Shown here in pieces: positions 38,701 to 46,753 of a DNA stretch of 64,000 nucleotides. The position numbers and the translations under genes were made by a program. The stretch is from contig JAQURC010000006.1 of the NCBI GenBank assembly GCA_028715785.1, positions 21,630-85,629 of the forward strand. The letters are read 5' to 3'. Below the pieces are notes generated by a model. The model had not been told where the DNA came from and did not search any database. It was given only the letters and a program-made list of their open reading frames with translations. The stretch's first letter is position 1; every line of letters starts with the position of its first letter. The stretch is from Candidatus Omnitrophota bacterium (GTDB lineage: Bacteria; Omnitrophota; Gorgyraeia; Gygaellales; Profunditerraquicolaceae).

Positions 38701-40094
38701 TTATCGAAGGTATGTTAGAAGCGCGGAAGTTTAAGAGAAGTATACTGTTGTTGGGAAGAGAGCAGGATATTGCGCGGTCATTGCAGCTTTTGCCGCTTCC
38801 GGCGTTTGAGCCGCTGGGGCGGCCATTGACCCCTTTGGAATTATCGCTGATTAATGGTTATCAGCTAACCCAGGCTTTAAAACAAAAAGGCCGTTGGGGT
38901 ACAGCGGTAGAAGTTACGCATAAATGCTTGATTCGTGATCTGAATTCATCATTGGAAGAAGTGCCTGACATGGAATTAACAACGGCATTGGTCGATATAG
39001 AGCAAATGGCCAGGCAGGATCTGGCATTAATTGTTGAAAATAACGGTAATGGCGGAAACGGTAAGCCAAAACCGTATGGGTGGATCCGCAAGATATTTAA
39101 ACATTTGAGTCTAGAAGACGTGAGAAATAAGACCGGGCCAAGGCATTTGCCCGCGTTTTCTGTTGACTGGCGCAATAAAGAAAAGCGGCAAATGCGCGTA
39201 TTCAGCGGAGAGATATTGGTAAGTATTCAGGATAAAGAACGCAATGAGTCTTTTATGTCGTTTCTTTCGCAAATGAAGGATTATATGGCTGAGCATTCCA
39301 AAGATAGTTTTCAACCCAATCTTACTACCCATTTTCTCGTTCCTCTGGTTATGCTTACTAATAACGAAGGAGCAGGGATTCACCGTTTTCGGGAGGGCCT
39401 GAATTTAAAAAATAAAGAGGATATTTTTTTAAAGGGGCTCTTCAATTTGTTTTGGCCTGAAGATGATACAGGGTATCACAGTAAATTAGCAGCTCTTCAA
39501 ATAGAAGCTCTTATACCCCATCAAAGTTCATTCTATACGCGTTTAGACGGCACTACGGATGCGGATGCGGTATTGAAACAACAATTAGGCGGCCTTTATA
39601 CTGAACCGCCTAACAAAGAAATTTTAACTTTACTGTACAGGGCTGCCCAAAACGAGGATACAGCCTCAATGCAACATGAATTAGACGGCGGGCATTCATC
39701 ATCCAATGTAATATCCTCCAGCCCGCAGAGAGTTGTAATTCCATCATTGGGAGCCGGCGTCGGCGGCATAGGTTTTTCTTCAATGAAAGTTGTCCTGAAC
39801 TACGATGATCTGTTGAAAATAGATGGGGAGTGGGGTCAAATTGAAAAGATGTTGGAGTCCGGAAACCTTCCCTCGATACCTTCGGTCACAAATTATGTGG
39901 AAACGGCGGTAAAAAATACTGATTCCGGTATGCAGTTATATAAAGCGATGGCCTGCGTTGCCGGTATCCTCAAACTGGAAGAAGAATTGGTAATCCCGGC
40001 GCAGATGGAAATTAAAAGGCTGTTGCTGGTGCTGGAAGAACATCTAAACCGGCAGGGCGGCCAAATGAATTCTAAGAATCTTGCTTTAAGGTAA
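35748..40094 (+). CDS. Giant (1448 aa) multi-pass membrane protein, unknown function
   Basis: Uninterrupted ORF. Signal peptide ending GFAQS, ~430-aa N-terminal exported domain, two TM clusters (~aa 445-590 and ~aa 820-880) around a helical soluble region, and a ~560-aa C-terminal domain. No motif I can assign securely. Confidence 0.5.
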   Translation: MFRMLRRILACLLCFTLLFEQSGFAQSVAEGNFLGFFAPPHLSGAFNPARLRYVAYAENINKFKFLFDKGDLRDTDDFTLKDSISGPLSYFLVGITLPSESFWVNLRPDSPANVIDDLLAETDVGKIFLEADLQLKKEFARYTMSAQQGKEYRLQIRKKAEELFGCLALAPSTFTRVWIDPGEIIIRETQNSAYIYKANLNVLTEEDYFGNSLASEDKRVQAFNEYASELIKNLILPKLIKEVNTGKEFAALRQVYYSFILAQWFKNRFLQRNGPAPRFIDSKILSGLNSKHPWSKEDYFAQYQESVQRGDYRFDEREPLVFGEMVTSYSCGGVTLALKIPPFASAGMITSDGSMTLIGGREIEGILSPDRVLDLGLISATAKFDLKDPLGNVIVESAASSVRNAASAAPVSAASSAQAMNDGGSQVLKKAKEKLSVLELNNPAYLIAAELLLGALFIFGFFVDAGSMFYNYGVFGHSVIERFVGYPLPSLNEYFQIISLSFIAFNALFGLSKSPAVRAKTGLAPIFSILSGFTLFGIVPLAISLTGLDKYFNLQLAVSPYAMEAFALLGAAVIGLLPGMNTKKESPVDFPESSPDIENNTGWVEPSWDAVVEAALNEVNKRAGISGLTDGACLEFLEQTRKLRNLLPFESHIVTDKRVAYYQIYDEALQSLCKKLQEIMDRLRVSTDELERKRLNIYASEILVTAEYFNECLRALNEVENIPLSSGDRLDRSTPFRKTISFIVGHAFGFNKTFNYSKKELMKQLKEKIIPLGNSLDNLYSTKADIDKQVIKKWGEWIQNCYEGKRKRLGARKGWVFWKEMFGPLVSLVLVASALPIGGNIGFLEFLSAPDFSAGALWNAKPLVGLSLIFLGWYVLLFPGRGKADQTYKEHNKTIEKLKRQFKDTFFLIEGDSRNKALQFAYEQSLEAAWKELSSASASAQAVIVVTEQPKIIQDFLENLRGTILRKDVELLAISAENKGSAAAFIEGMLEARKFKRSILLLGREQDIARSLQLLPLPAFEPLGRPLTPLELSLINGYQLTQALKQKGRWGTAVEVTHKCLIRDLNSSLEEVPDMELTTALVDIEQMARQDLALIVENNGNGGNGKPKPYGWIRKIFKHLSLEDVRNKTGPRHLPAFSVDWRNKEKRQMRVFSGEILVSIQDKERNESFMSFLSQMKDYMAEHSKDSFQPNLTTHFLVPLVMLTNNEGAGIHRFREGLNLKNKEDIFLKGLFNLFWPEDDTGYHSKLAALQIEALIPHQSSFYTRLDGTTDADAVLKQQLGGLYTEPPNKEILTLLYRAAQNEDTASMQHELDGGHSSSNVISSSPQRVVIPSLGAGVGGIGFSSMKVVLNYDDLLKIDGEWGQIEKMLESGNLPSIPSVTNYVETAVKNTDSGMQLYKAMACVAGILKLEEELVIPAQMEIKRLLLVLEEHLNRQGGQMNSKNLALR

Positions 40095-40109
40095 GGGGGC
40101 ATTTACGGC

Positions 40110-40385
40110 ATGAAAAATTACATTTTCAAAAATGATTTAAGGCGCAAGAATACAAAATTTCTTACAACAGCCAGCATGGTTTTAAAAACGTACGCTTGGT
40201 TTATTCTTATTTTAAGCGTATTGTCGGCAATATTGATAATGTCCGGGGTTTTAAGCAGCGTGCCGCCGTGGGCAGGCCTGGTTGTTTTATCCGCGTATAC
40301 ATTCTTCTTCTTTTTCTTCTACACCATAGCCGAAATTTCAGATTTATTGGTAGCGATCAAAGAGGCGTTACAAAGTAATTGTTGA
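40110..40385 (+). CDS. Small two-TM membrane protein
   Basis: AAGGGGG RBS. Two hydrophobic helices. Follows the giant gene after a 15-nt gap. Confidence 0.45.
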   Translation: MKNYIFKNDLRRKNTKFLTTASMVLKTYAWFILILSVLSAILIMSGVLSSVPPWAGLVVLSAYTFFFFFFYTIAEISDLLVAIKEALQSNC

Positions 40386-40483
40386 CTAAATCCCCGATTA
40401 ATTATTTACTTACTCATTAACATATCATATAATAATTCAGATTGTTTTACCCGCAATAATCTTTCCAAAGAAAGGTTAAAGAA

Positions 40484-41140
40484 ATGAATAAAACAGGCTT
40501 GGTGGCTATTGGTTTGATACTATTGTTATTAGCTAATGCCTATGCTTATGACGACGGTGATTTTCAGGTATGGAACACGGATGTCGAGGAAATCCAGCTT
40601 AAGAAAGATTTAAAGCTGGCCTTTGAGCAGGAGTTTCGCTGGGGGGATAACGCCAGTGAATTTTACTACCAGCATTATGATGTCGGATTAACCTATAACC
40701 TAAATAAATATTGGAGTGCCGGCGGTGGATACCGGCATGTGCTTAATAAAAGCAAAGATAAATTTTTGGTAGAAAACGAGCCTTATGTTACGGCCACTTT
40801 TGCCAGCCAATTTGCCGGATTTAAATATGATGACCGCAGCCGGCTGGAATATAACCATTTTGATTATAAAGATGACACCTGGCGCTACCGCAATAAGCTT
40901 ACGGTAAAGGCCCCCTGGAAATTTACTAAATTAGAGATCCAGCCGTTTGCTGCCGATGAGATATTCATTCTTTTTGATGATGGCCAGAGGTTAAGTGAAA
41001 ACAGGACGACTGCGGGTTTGGCGATGAATATCGCCAAAAACCTAAAAGGTGAAGTTTATTATATGTTCAGAACCGTAAAAAGCGGACTGAAGTGGACGGA
41101 TACGAATGTATTGGGAACAAAACTAAAGTTAGTGTTTTAA
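40484..41140 (+). CDS. Outer-membrane beta-barrel protein (DUF2490-like)
   Basis: Signal peptide. DDGDFQVWN...EQEFRWGDN...YYQHYDVGLTY alternating pattern. Terminal LKLVF. Confidence 0.5.
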   Translation: MNKTGLVAIGLILLLLANAYAYDDGDFQVWNTDVEEIQLKKDLKLAFEQEFRWGDNASEFYYQHYDVGLTYNLNKYWSAGGGYRHVLNKSKDKFLVENEPYVTATFASQFAGFKYDDRSRLEYNHFDYKDDTWRYRNKLTVKAPWKFTKLEIQPFAADEIFILFDDGQRLSENRTTAGLAMNIAKNLKGEVYYMFRTVKSGLKWTDTNVLGTKLKLVF

Positions 41141-41142
41141 AT

Positions 41143-41186
41143 TTTACTTAGATTTAACATGGATTTAGAGTAAATACAAGTATAAT
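41143..41186 (+). promoter_or_regulatory. Pho-box array plus -10 element (R4)
   Basis: TTTACT-tagat-TTAACA-tggat-TTAGAG at 41143/41154/41165. TATAAT at 41181-41186, 10 nt after the third repeat. Confidence 0.55.
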
Positions 41187-41220
41187 AAAGGTAATATAAA
41201 TATGAGCAAATGGAGGAGAA

Positions 41221-42075
41221 ATGTTTAAGAAAGGTTTGTTTATTTTAGCTTTGCTTATCTTTACGGTTCCGGCGTTTGCCGGAAAAGATAAAAATTCCAT
41301 CCAGATTAAAGGCTCGGATACTATGGTCAATCTCGGACAGGCCTGGGCAGAGAAATATATGGAAAAAAATCCCGGGGATTTTGTGGCGGTAACCGGCGGC
41401 GGCTCCGGGACAGGATTGTCCAGTTTAATCAGCGGAACCTGCGATATCGCGATGAGCTCAAGAAATATCAAGGATAAAGAGATTTCTTTGGCCGAACAAA
41501 AAGGGATTGATCCTTTTGAGATAAAAGTTGCTTTGGATGGTTTGGCGGTAGTCGTCAATCCGGCTAATCCGGTGAGCAAGCTCACAGTGGAACAGCTGGC
41601 CGGAATCTTTACCGGCAGTATCACTAACTGGAAAGAAGTGGGGGGAAAAGACGGGAAGATCGTCATTCTTTCGCGCGAAGTAAATTCCGGGACCCACGTT
41701 TATTTTAAAGAGCACGTATTAAGGAAAGGCAATGCCAACGGCAGAGAGGAATTTGCTCCCGGAGCCTTGTTATTATCTTCTTCGCAGGCGATTGCCGATG
41801 AAGTTGCCGGTAATTCCGCAACGATAGGTTATTATGGGATGGGTTATATCTCAAGCAAGCAAAAGCCCGTTGCTATTGCTAAAGACGCTAAATCCGAATA
41901 CGTTAATCCCAGTATCGAGAATGTTCTAAGCGGTAAATACCCCATATCCAGGCCGCTTTTTCTATATACTAATGGAGAGCCGCAAGGACTGATTAGGAAA
42001 TTCGTTGATTATGCCCTTTCTAAAGAAGGTCAGGATATTGTAGTCAAGACGGACTTTGTTCCCATTAAAAAATAA
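41221..42075 (+). CDS. pstS: Phosphate ABC transporter substrate-binding protein PstS (copy 2)
   Basis: GSDTMVNLGQA...TGGGSGTGLSSLISGTCDIAMSSRNIK...LSREVNSGT. Confidence 0.9.
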   Translation: MFKKGLFILALLIFTVPAFAGKDKNSIQIKGSDTMVNLGQAWAEKYMEKNPGDFVAVTGGGSGTGLSSLISGTCDIAMSSRNIKDKEISLAEQKGIDPFEIKVALDGLAVVVNPANPVSKLTVEQLAGIFTGSITNWKEVGGKDGKIVILSREVNSGTHVYFKEHVLRKGNANGREEFAPGALLLSSSQAIADEVAGNSATIGYYGMGYISSKQKPVAIAKDAKSEYVNPSIENVLSGKYPISRPLFLYTNGEPQGLIRKFVDYALSKEGQDIVVKTDFVPIKK

Positions 42076-42094
42076 TGCGAAAGTTATTAACAGT

Positions 42095-42122
42095 TGTAGG
42101 GGAGGTTTAAACCTCCCCTACA
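42095..42122. repeat. Family A hairpin, copy 3 (between pstS2 and pstC2)
   Basis: TGTAGGGGAGGTTTAAACCTCCCCTACA is a perfect 28-nt palindrome, preceded by TAACAGTT. Confidence 0.85.
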
Positions 42123-42141
42123 TTAAGGGTATCAGGCGGCT

Positions 42142-43005
42142 ATGCGGAAAATCAAGGAGTTTGTTATTGAGAAGCTAATCCTGGTCTGCGGCTTAGCTTC
42201 CATATTTTTTGTCATCCTAATTTTTTTATTTCTAACCAAAGAAGGCCTGTCCGTATTTAAATCGGTTAGTCCTTTTAATTTTCTTTTTGGCAAAAGCTGG
42301 TATCCCATCTCTGAACCGCCGCAATTAGGGATCTTACCGCTAATATTGGGTTCATTATTAGTGACCTTGGGAGCGGCAATTATTTCTATCCCTATAGGCG
42401 TAGCCTGCGCAGTTTATATCGCCGAAATCGCGCCATTAAAAATTAAAGAAATTCTAAAAGCCGGAATTGAATTATTGGCGGCTATACCCAGCGTGGTCTT
42501 AGGTTTTATTGGTATGGTAACTTTAGTCCCCTGGGTAAAGACTACTTTTCATCTGCCTACGGGTTTAACTGCCTTGTCCGGTTCGATAATTTTAGCTTTT
42601 ATGGCTATGCCGACGATAGTTTCGATTGCCGAGGACGCGCTTTATTCTGTTCCCAAAAGTTATAAAGAAGGCGCCTTTGCTTTAGGGGCTACGCATTGGC
42701 AGACAATTTACCGGGTTTTGCTTCCGGCTGCTTCTTCAGGGATAGTCGCGGCGGTAATGCTTGGTATCGGCCGGGTAATCGGCGAGACCATGGCGGTAAT
42801 GATGATTACCGGCAACGCCGCGGTCATTCCGCAGAGCATTCTTGTGCCGGTGCGCACTTTGACCGCCACCATTGCCGCGGAAATGGGCGAGGCGGTTGTG
42901 GGCAGCGAACATTATTTTGCGCTTTTTGCTATCGGCATAGTTTTATTCATCATAAGTTTTATCATCAATGTTACCGCGGACCTATTCTTGCACAAGAGGC
43001 ATTAA
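42142..43005 (+). CDS. pstC: Phosphate ABC transporter permease PstC (copy 2)
   Basis: EDALYSVPKSYKEGAFALGATHWQT. Multi-TM. Confidence 0.9.
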   Translation: MRKIKEFVIEKLILVCGLASIFFVILIFLFLTKEGLSVFKSVSPFNFLFGKSWYPISEPPQLGILPLILGSLLVTLGAAIISIPIGVACAVYIAEIAPLKIKEILKAGIELLAAIPSVVLGFIGMVTLVPWVKTTFHLPTGLTALSGSIILAFMAMPTIVSIAEDALYSVPKSYKEGAFALGATHWQTIYRVLLPAASSGIVAAVMLGIGRVIGETMAVMMITGNAAVIPQSILVPVRTLTATIAAEMGEAVVGSEHYFALFAIGIVLFIISFIINVTADLFLHKRH

Positions 43006-43853
43006 TGCGTAATACGCAAAGATCACAAAAGATCGCCTTCTTTTTTCTTTTCCTGGCTACGCTTTTAATTGTTGTGCCGGTTGGCTTGATTGTTGTGATT
43101 ATTATCCAGAAAGGCCTGCCGGCGATTAACTGGCAATTTTTAGCGGATATTCCGCGCCAGGGGATGCGCGCCGGAGGGATTTTCCCGGCGATCATCGGGA
43201 CAATTTATCTTGTTTTGGGCGCGATAATCTTTGCCCTGCCCATAGGCCTGCTGGCGGCAATTTATTTAAGTGAATACGCAAAGGACAATATTCTTAACCG
43301 CATAATCAAGCTGGCAATCGTGAATCTCTCCGGTGTGCCTTCGGTTGTCTATGGTTTATTTGGTTTGGCGCTTTTTGTGGTTTTCTTAAAATTTGGCGCA
43401 TCGATTTTATCCGGTTCGCTCACTTTAGGGATAATGATCCTGCCGATAATCATTACTACCTCCCGGGAGGCTTTGGAAAGCGTGCCGCATTCGTTTCGCG
43501 AGGTAAGCTTGTCTTTGGGGGCAAGTAAATGGCAAACCATAAGGCATATAGTTTTACCCAATGCCGTACCCGGAATTCTAACCGGGACCATTCTGGGATT
43601 AGGCCGCGCAGCGGGAGAAACCGCCCCGATTCTTTTTACTGTGGCGGCTTTTTATCTGCCGCAGCTGCCTAAATCTATTTTTGATCAGGCGATGGCGCTG
43701 CCGTATCACTTGTATGTAATTTCAACGCAGGTGCCTAATGTGGATGAAAAAATACGTTATGGCACGGCTTTAGTCCTGTTATCTTTGGTTTTGTTTATGA
43801 ATTTAGTGGCCATAATCATCCGTTATAATTTCAGAAAGAAGAAGAAATGGTAA
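43005..43853 (+). CDS. pstA: Phosphate ABC transporter permease PstA (copy 2)
   Basis: Met at 43005 (TAATG overlap with pstC). REALESVPHSFREVSLSLGASKWQT, ALPYHLYVI. The longer track ORF (42696) is an out-of-frame overlap. Confidence 0.9.
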   Translation: MRNTQRSQKIAFFFLFLATLLIVVPVGLIVVIIIQKGLPAINWQFLADIPRQGMRAGGIFPAIIGTIYLVLGAIIFALPIGLLAAIYLSEYAKDNILNRIIKLAIVNLSGVPSVVYGLFGLALFVVFLKFGASILSGSLTLGIMILPIIITTSREALESVPHSFREVSLSLGASKWQTIRHIVLPNAVPGILTGTILGLGRAAGETAPILFTVAAFYLPQLPKSIFDQAMALPYHLYVISTQVPNVDEKIRYGTALVLLSLVLFMNLVAIIIRYNFRKKKKW

Positions 43854-44593
43854 AACTTAACGCCAGGAACCTGAATATCTGGTTTGGCCAGATCCACGCT
43901 TTAAAAAGCGTGAACATCGAGGTAGAGGCCAATGAGATTTTAAGCGTAATCGGCCCGTCCAACAGCGGAAAGACCAGTTTCCTGCGCATGCTTAATCGTC
44001 TGAATGACCTGTATCCGGGTTTTAAAATGAGCGGCAGCTTAGAGTTTGATCAAGAGGATATCAGAAAAATAGATATTGAGGTTTTGCGCAAAAAAGTAGG
44101 CATGGTTTTTGCTTTACCCCTGCCCCTGCCTTTATCGATTTTTGAAAATGTGGCCTATGGGGTCAGGATGCACGGAGAAAATAACCGCGGCCGGATCTCC
44201 GGGATTGTCGAGCGTTCCTTAAAGCAAGCCTATCTCTGGGATGAGGTCAAGGACAGGTTGGATGTCTCGGCTTTTAAATTATCCGGCGGACAGCAGCAGC
44301 GTCTTTGCATTGCCCGGACCCTGGCGGTTGAGCCGGAGGTCATCTTATTCGATGAGCCTTGTTCCGGGCTTGACCCGATTTCAACCGCCAAAGTTGAAGA
44401 GGCAATGTTAAAGCTGAAAAAAGACTATACAATAGTTTTAGTAACTAACAATGTAAAGCAGGCGGCCAGGGTGGGGGACCGCACGGCTTTTTTTCTGTCA
44501 GGAGAGCTGATAGAATTGGACAAAACAGAAAAGATGTTTACGGCGCCCAGCGACCAGCGTACCGATGGCTATATTAGAGGAAAGTTTGGATAA
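43847..44593 (+). CDS. pstB: PstB-like ATPase with degenerate Q-loop and H-loop (copy 2a)
   Basis: Walker [19 protein letters not shown] replaces VFQKPNPFP. Signature LSGGQQQRL is intact. Walker [17 protein letters not shown] replaces VTHN. Confidence 0.85.
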   Translation: MVKLNARNLNIWFGQIHALKSVNIEVEANEILSVIGPSNSGKTSFLRMLNRLNDLYPGFKMSGSLEFDQEDIRKIDIEVLRKKVGMVFALPLPLPLSIFENVAYGVRMHGENNRGRISGIVERSLKQAYLWDEVKDRLDVSAFKLSGGQQQRLCIARTLAVEPEVILFDEPCSGLDPISTAKVEEAMLKLKKDYTIVLVTNNVKQAARVGDRTAFFLSGELIELDKTEKMFTAPSDQRTDGYIRGKFG

Positions 44594-45348
44594 TGGCGGA
44601 TATTTTAGTAAATAATTTAAATTTATGGTACGCTGATTTCCAGGCGCTGATAGGCGTAAAAGCGCATTTTACCCAAAAGCAGATTACCGCTATGATTGGG
44701 CCATCAGGGTGCGGTAAGTCGACTTTACTGCGGGTGTTTAACCGGATGAATGACCTTATCGAAGGGGTGCGCGTAGAAGGGGAAGTAATCATTGACGCCG
44801 AAAATATAATTTCCGATAAAACGGATTTAGTGGGCTTGCGTAAAAAAGTAGGCATGGTCTTTCAGCGGCCCAACCCCTTCCCGTTATCTATTTATGAGAA
44901 TATTGTTTTTGGCCAGAAGGTGCATGCCGAAGGCTTAACTAAGCTAAAACTCAATGAGATAGTTGAGGATAGCTTAAAATCCGTTCTTTTGTGGGATGAA
45001 CTTAAAGATAAGCTGAATAAATCCGCGCTGAGTTTGTCGCTTGAACAGAAGCAGCGGCTTTGCATTGCCAGGCTGATCGCGGTTAAGCCTGAGATTTTGC
45101 TGATGGATGAGCCCTGTTCGACCCTTGACCCGCAGGCAACCAGCCGTATCGAAGAATTAATGCGTGAACTTAAGAATAACTATACTATAATAATTGTTAC
45201 GCACAATATGCAGCAGGCAGCGCGCGTTTCGGACCAAACAGGTTTTATGCTTTTAGGCGAATTGGTTGAATTTGGTAAAACAGAGGATATTTTTACCCGG
45301 CCAAAAGATAAGCGGACAGAAGATTATATTACCGGCCGATACGGTTAG
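44593..45348 (+). CDS. pstB: PstB-like ATPase with degenerate ABC signature (copy 2b)
   Basis: Walker [11 protein letters not shown]-loop VFQRPNPFP, Walker [13 protein letters not shown] and H-loop VTHN are all canonical. The signature is LSLEQKQRL instead of LSGGQ. Confidence 0.85.
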   Translation: MADILVNNLNLWYADFQALIGVKAHFTQKQITAMIGPSGCGKSTLLRVFNRMNDLIEGVRVEGEVIIDAENIISDKTDLVGLRKKVGMVFQRPNPFPLSIYENIVFGQKVHAEGLTKLKLNEIVEDSLKSVLLWDELKDKLNKSALSLSLEQKQRLCIARLIAVKPEILLMDEPCSTLDPQATSRIEELMRELKNNYTIIIVTHNMQQAARVSDQTGFMLLGELVEFGKTEDIFTRPKDKRTEDYITGRYG

Positions 45349-45394
45349 ACACCCCGCGCTTATAAGGTATTGCGCGGGTATGGCCTTGTGGCCA
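45349..45394 (+). repeat. Family E element + satellite hairpin, copy 1
   Basis: ACACCCCGCGCTTATAAGGTATTGCGCGGGTA, then TGGCC-ttgt-GGCCA. Starts right after the pstB2b stop. The satellite abuts the phoU2 RBS. Confidence 0.8.
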
Positions 45395-45404
45395 AGGAGG
45401 ATAA

Positions 45405-46073
45405 ATGCTAAGGCATTTAGATGAAGAATTAAAGGAACTGCACAAAGATATTTTGAAGATGGCGGTATTTGCCCAGGAGTCGATATTTAAATCTATCGAG
45501 TCGCTAAAGAACCGCGATAAAAACCTGGCTCAGGATGTAATCGATACTGATAATAAGATCGATGAACTGGAGTTGGCAATCGATGAAAAATGCATTGATC
45601 TTATTGCCCGTTATCAGCCGATGGCAGGAGATTTAAGGTATATTACCACCGGGATGAAGATAAATACGGAGCTGGAGCGGATTGCCGACATAGCATTAGA
45701 TATCTCGCAAAAATCATTAGCATTGATGGATAAGCCTTTACTTAAACCATTAGTGGATATTCCCAAGCTTTCCCAGGTGGCGCAGAATATGGTTAAGGAT
45801 GCCATTGACGCATTTGTCAAAAAGGATGCCCAGTTGGCCCGGCAGGTGGTTTTAGCGGATTGCGAAGCCGACAGGTTGCGTAACCTGGTTCAGGATGAGC
45901 TGGTTAATGAATATCTGGCGCGCGATCCTAAAACCGCGGAGCGGGCGGTGGCATTATTGCTTATTGCCCGGTATTTGGAGCGTATCTGCGACCACACTAC
46001 CAATATTGCCGAAGACGTAATTTATATGGTCGAGGCAAAAGTAGTCAAGCACCATCCCGAAGAATTGAAATAA
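45405..46073 (+). CDS. phoU: Phosphate signalling regulator PhoU (copy 2)
   Basis: LERIADIALDI and LERICDHTTNIAEDVIYMVEAKVVKHH. Close paralogue of 32830..33507. Confidence 0.95.
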   Translation: MLRHLDEELKELHKDILKMAVFAQESIFKSIESLKNRDKNLAQDVIDTDNKIDELELAIDEKCIDLIARYQPMAGDLRYITTGMKINTELERIADIALDISQKSLALMDKPLLKPLVDIPKLSQVAQNMVKDAIDAFVKKDAQLARQVVLADCEADRLRNLVQDELVNEYLARDPKTAERAVALLLIARYLERICDHTTNIAEDVIYMVEAKVVKHHPEELK

Positions 46074-46084
46074 TTTCTAGTTGG

Positions 46085-46141
46085 GGGGACGTCCTCTTAG
46101 GGGACACCCTTTAAAAAGGGTGTCCCTTTTTGGCACGTCCC
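46085..46141. repeat. Family C nested hairpin, copy 2, inverted orientation (after phoU2; probable terminator)
   Basis: Its reverse complement matches copy 1 with a few substitutions. Followed by TTTTAATTT. Confidence 0.8.
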
Positions 46142-46161
46142 TTTTAATTTAATATATCCCC

Positions 46162-46190
46162 TTGACCCCTCGTATTTAGTGGTATATAAT
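46162..46190 (+). promoter_or_regulatory. Sigma-70-type promoter upstream of the Lrp-aminotransferase pair
   Basis: TTGACC (46162-46167), 17-nt spacer, TATAAT (46185-46190). Confidence 0.5.
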
Positions 46191-46260
46191 CCATTCAATA
46201 TCTGTTTAAATATTGTAAAATAATTTTTTAGGCCATTACAATAGCAAAAGGAGTGAAAAA

Positions 46261-46746
46261 ATGGATGAGATTCTAGAAATTTTAGAAAAAGACGGCCGGG
46301 CAAGCGTGGAAGATATCGCTAAAATGACCCGCAAGAATCCGGAGGATGTAAAAAAGGCGATCAAGAAATACGAAAAAGAGGGGGCAATTTTAAAATATAA
46401 GGCGGTAATCAATAAGGATTTGATTAAGGACAATGAATCCGAGGTCAGGGCTTTAATTGAGGTGAATATCATCCCCCAGAAGGACCTGGGTTTTGAGAAA
46501 ATTGCCGAGCGTATCTATTCATTCCCCGAGGTAACCAGTTGTTATTTAATCAGCGGAACATATGATTTATTGGTGGTTGTCGAGGGCAAGAACCTGCATA
46601 CGGTTTCCAACTTTGTGGCGGAGAAGCTTTCCTGTTTAGAGAATGTCCGCGGCACAGCCACCCATTTTTTATTGAAAAAGTATAAGGAAGACGGAGTAAT
46701 TTTGAAGCAGAAAGCGGAGAACAAAAGGATAGCCATATCCTATTAA
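46261..46746 (+). CDS. Lrp/AsnC-family transcriptional regulator
   Basis: HTH ILEKDGRASVEDIAKMTRKNPEDVKKAIKKYEKEG plus a RAM/ACT-like C-terminal domain. Confidence 0.85.
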   Translation: MDEILEILEKDGRASVEDIAKMTRKNPEDVKKAIKKYEKEGAILKYKAVINKDLIKDNESEVRALIEVNIIPQKDLGFEKIAERIYSFPEVTSCYLISGTYDLLVVVEGKNLHTVSNFVAEKLSCLENVRGTATHFLLKKYKEDGVILKQKAENKRIAISY

Positions 46747-46753
46747 AGGGCAA

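Noticed and set aside
41154-41666. 170-aa minus-strand ORF antisense to pstS2
   Set aside because: It overlaps the Pho box, promoter and PstS2 coding sequence. It has no motif support.
42696-43004. N-terminal 103 codons of the track ORF 42696..43853, and the similar Arg/Gly-rich ORF 30793..31143 inside pstC1
   Set aside because: Both are out-of-frame overlaps of well-supported PstC genes with Arg/Gly/His-rich translations. PstA2 begins at Met 43005 with a TAATG junction.
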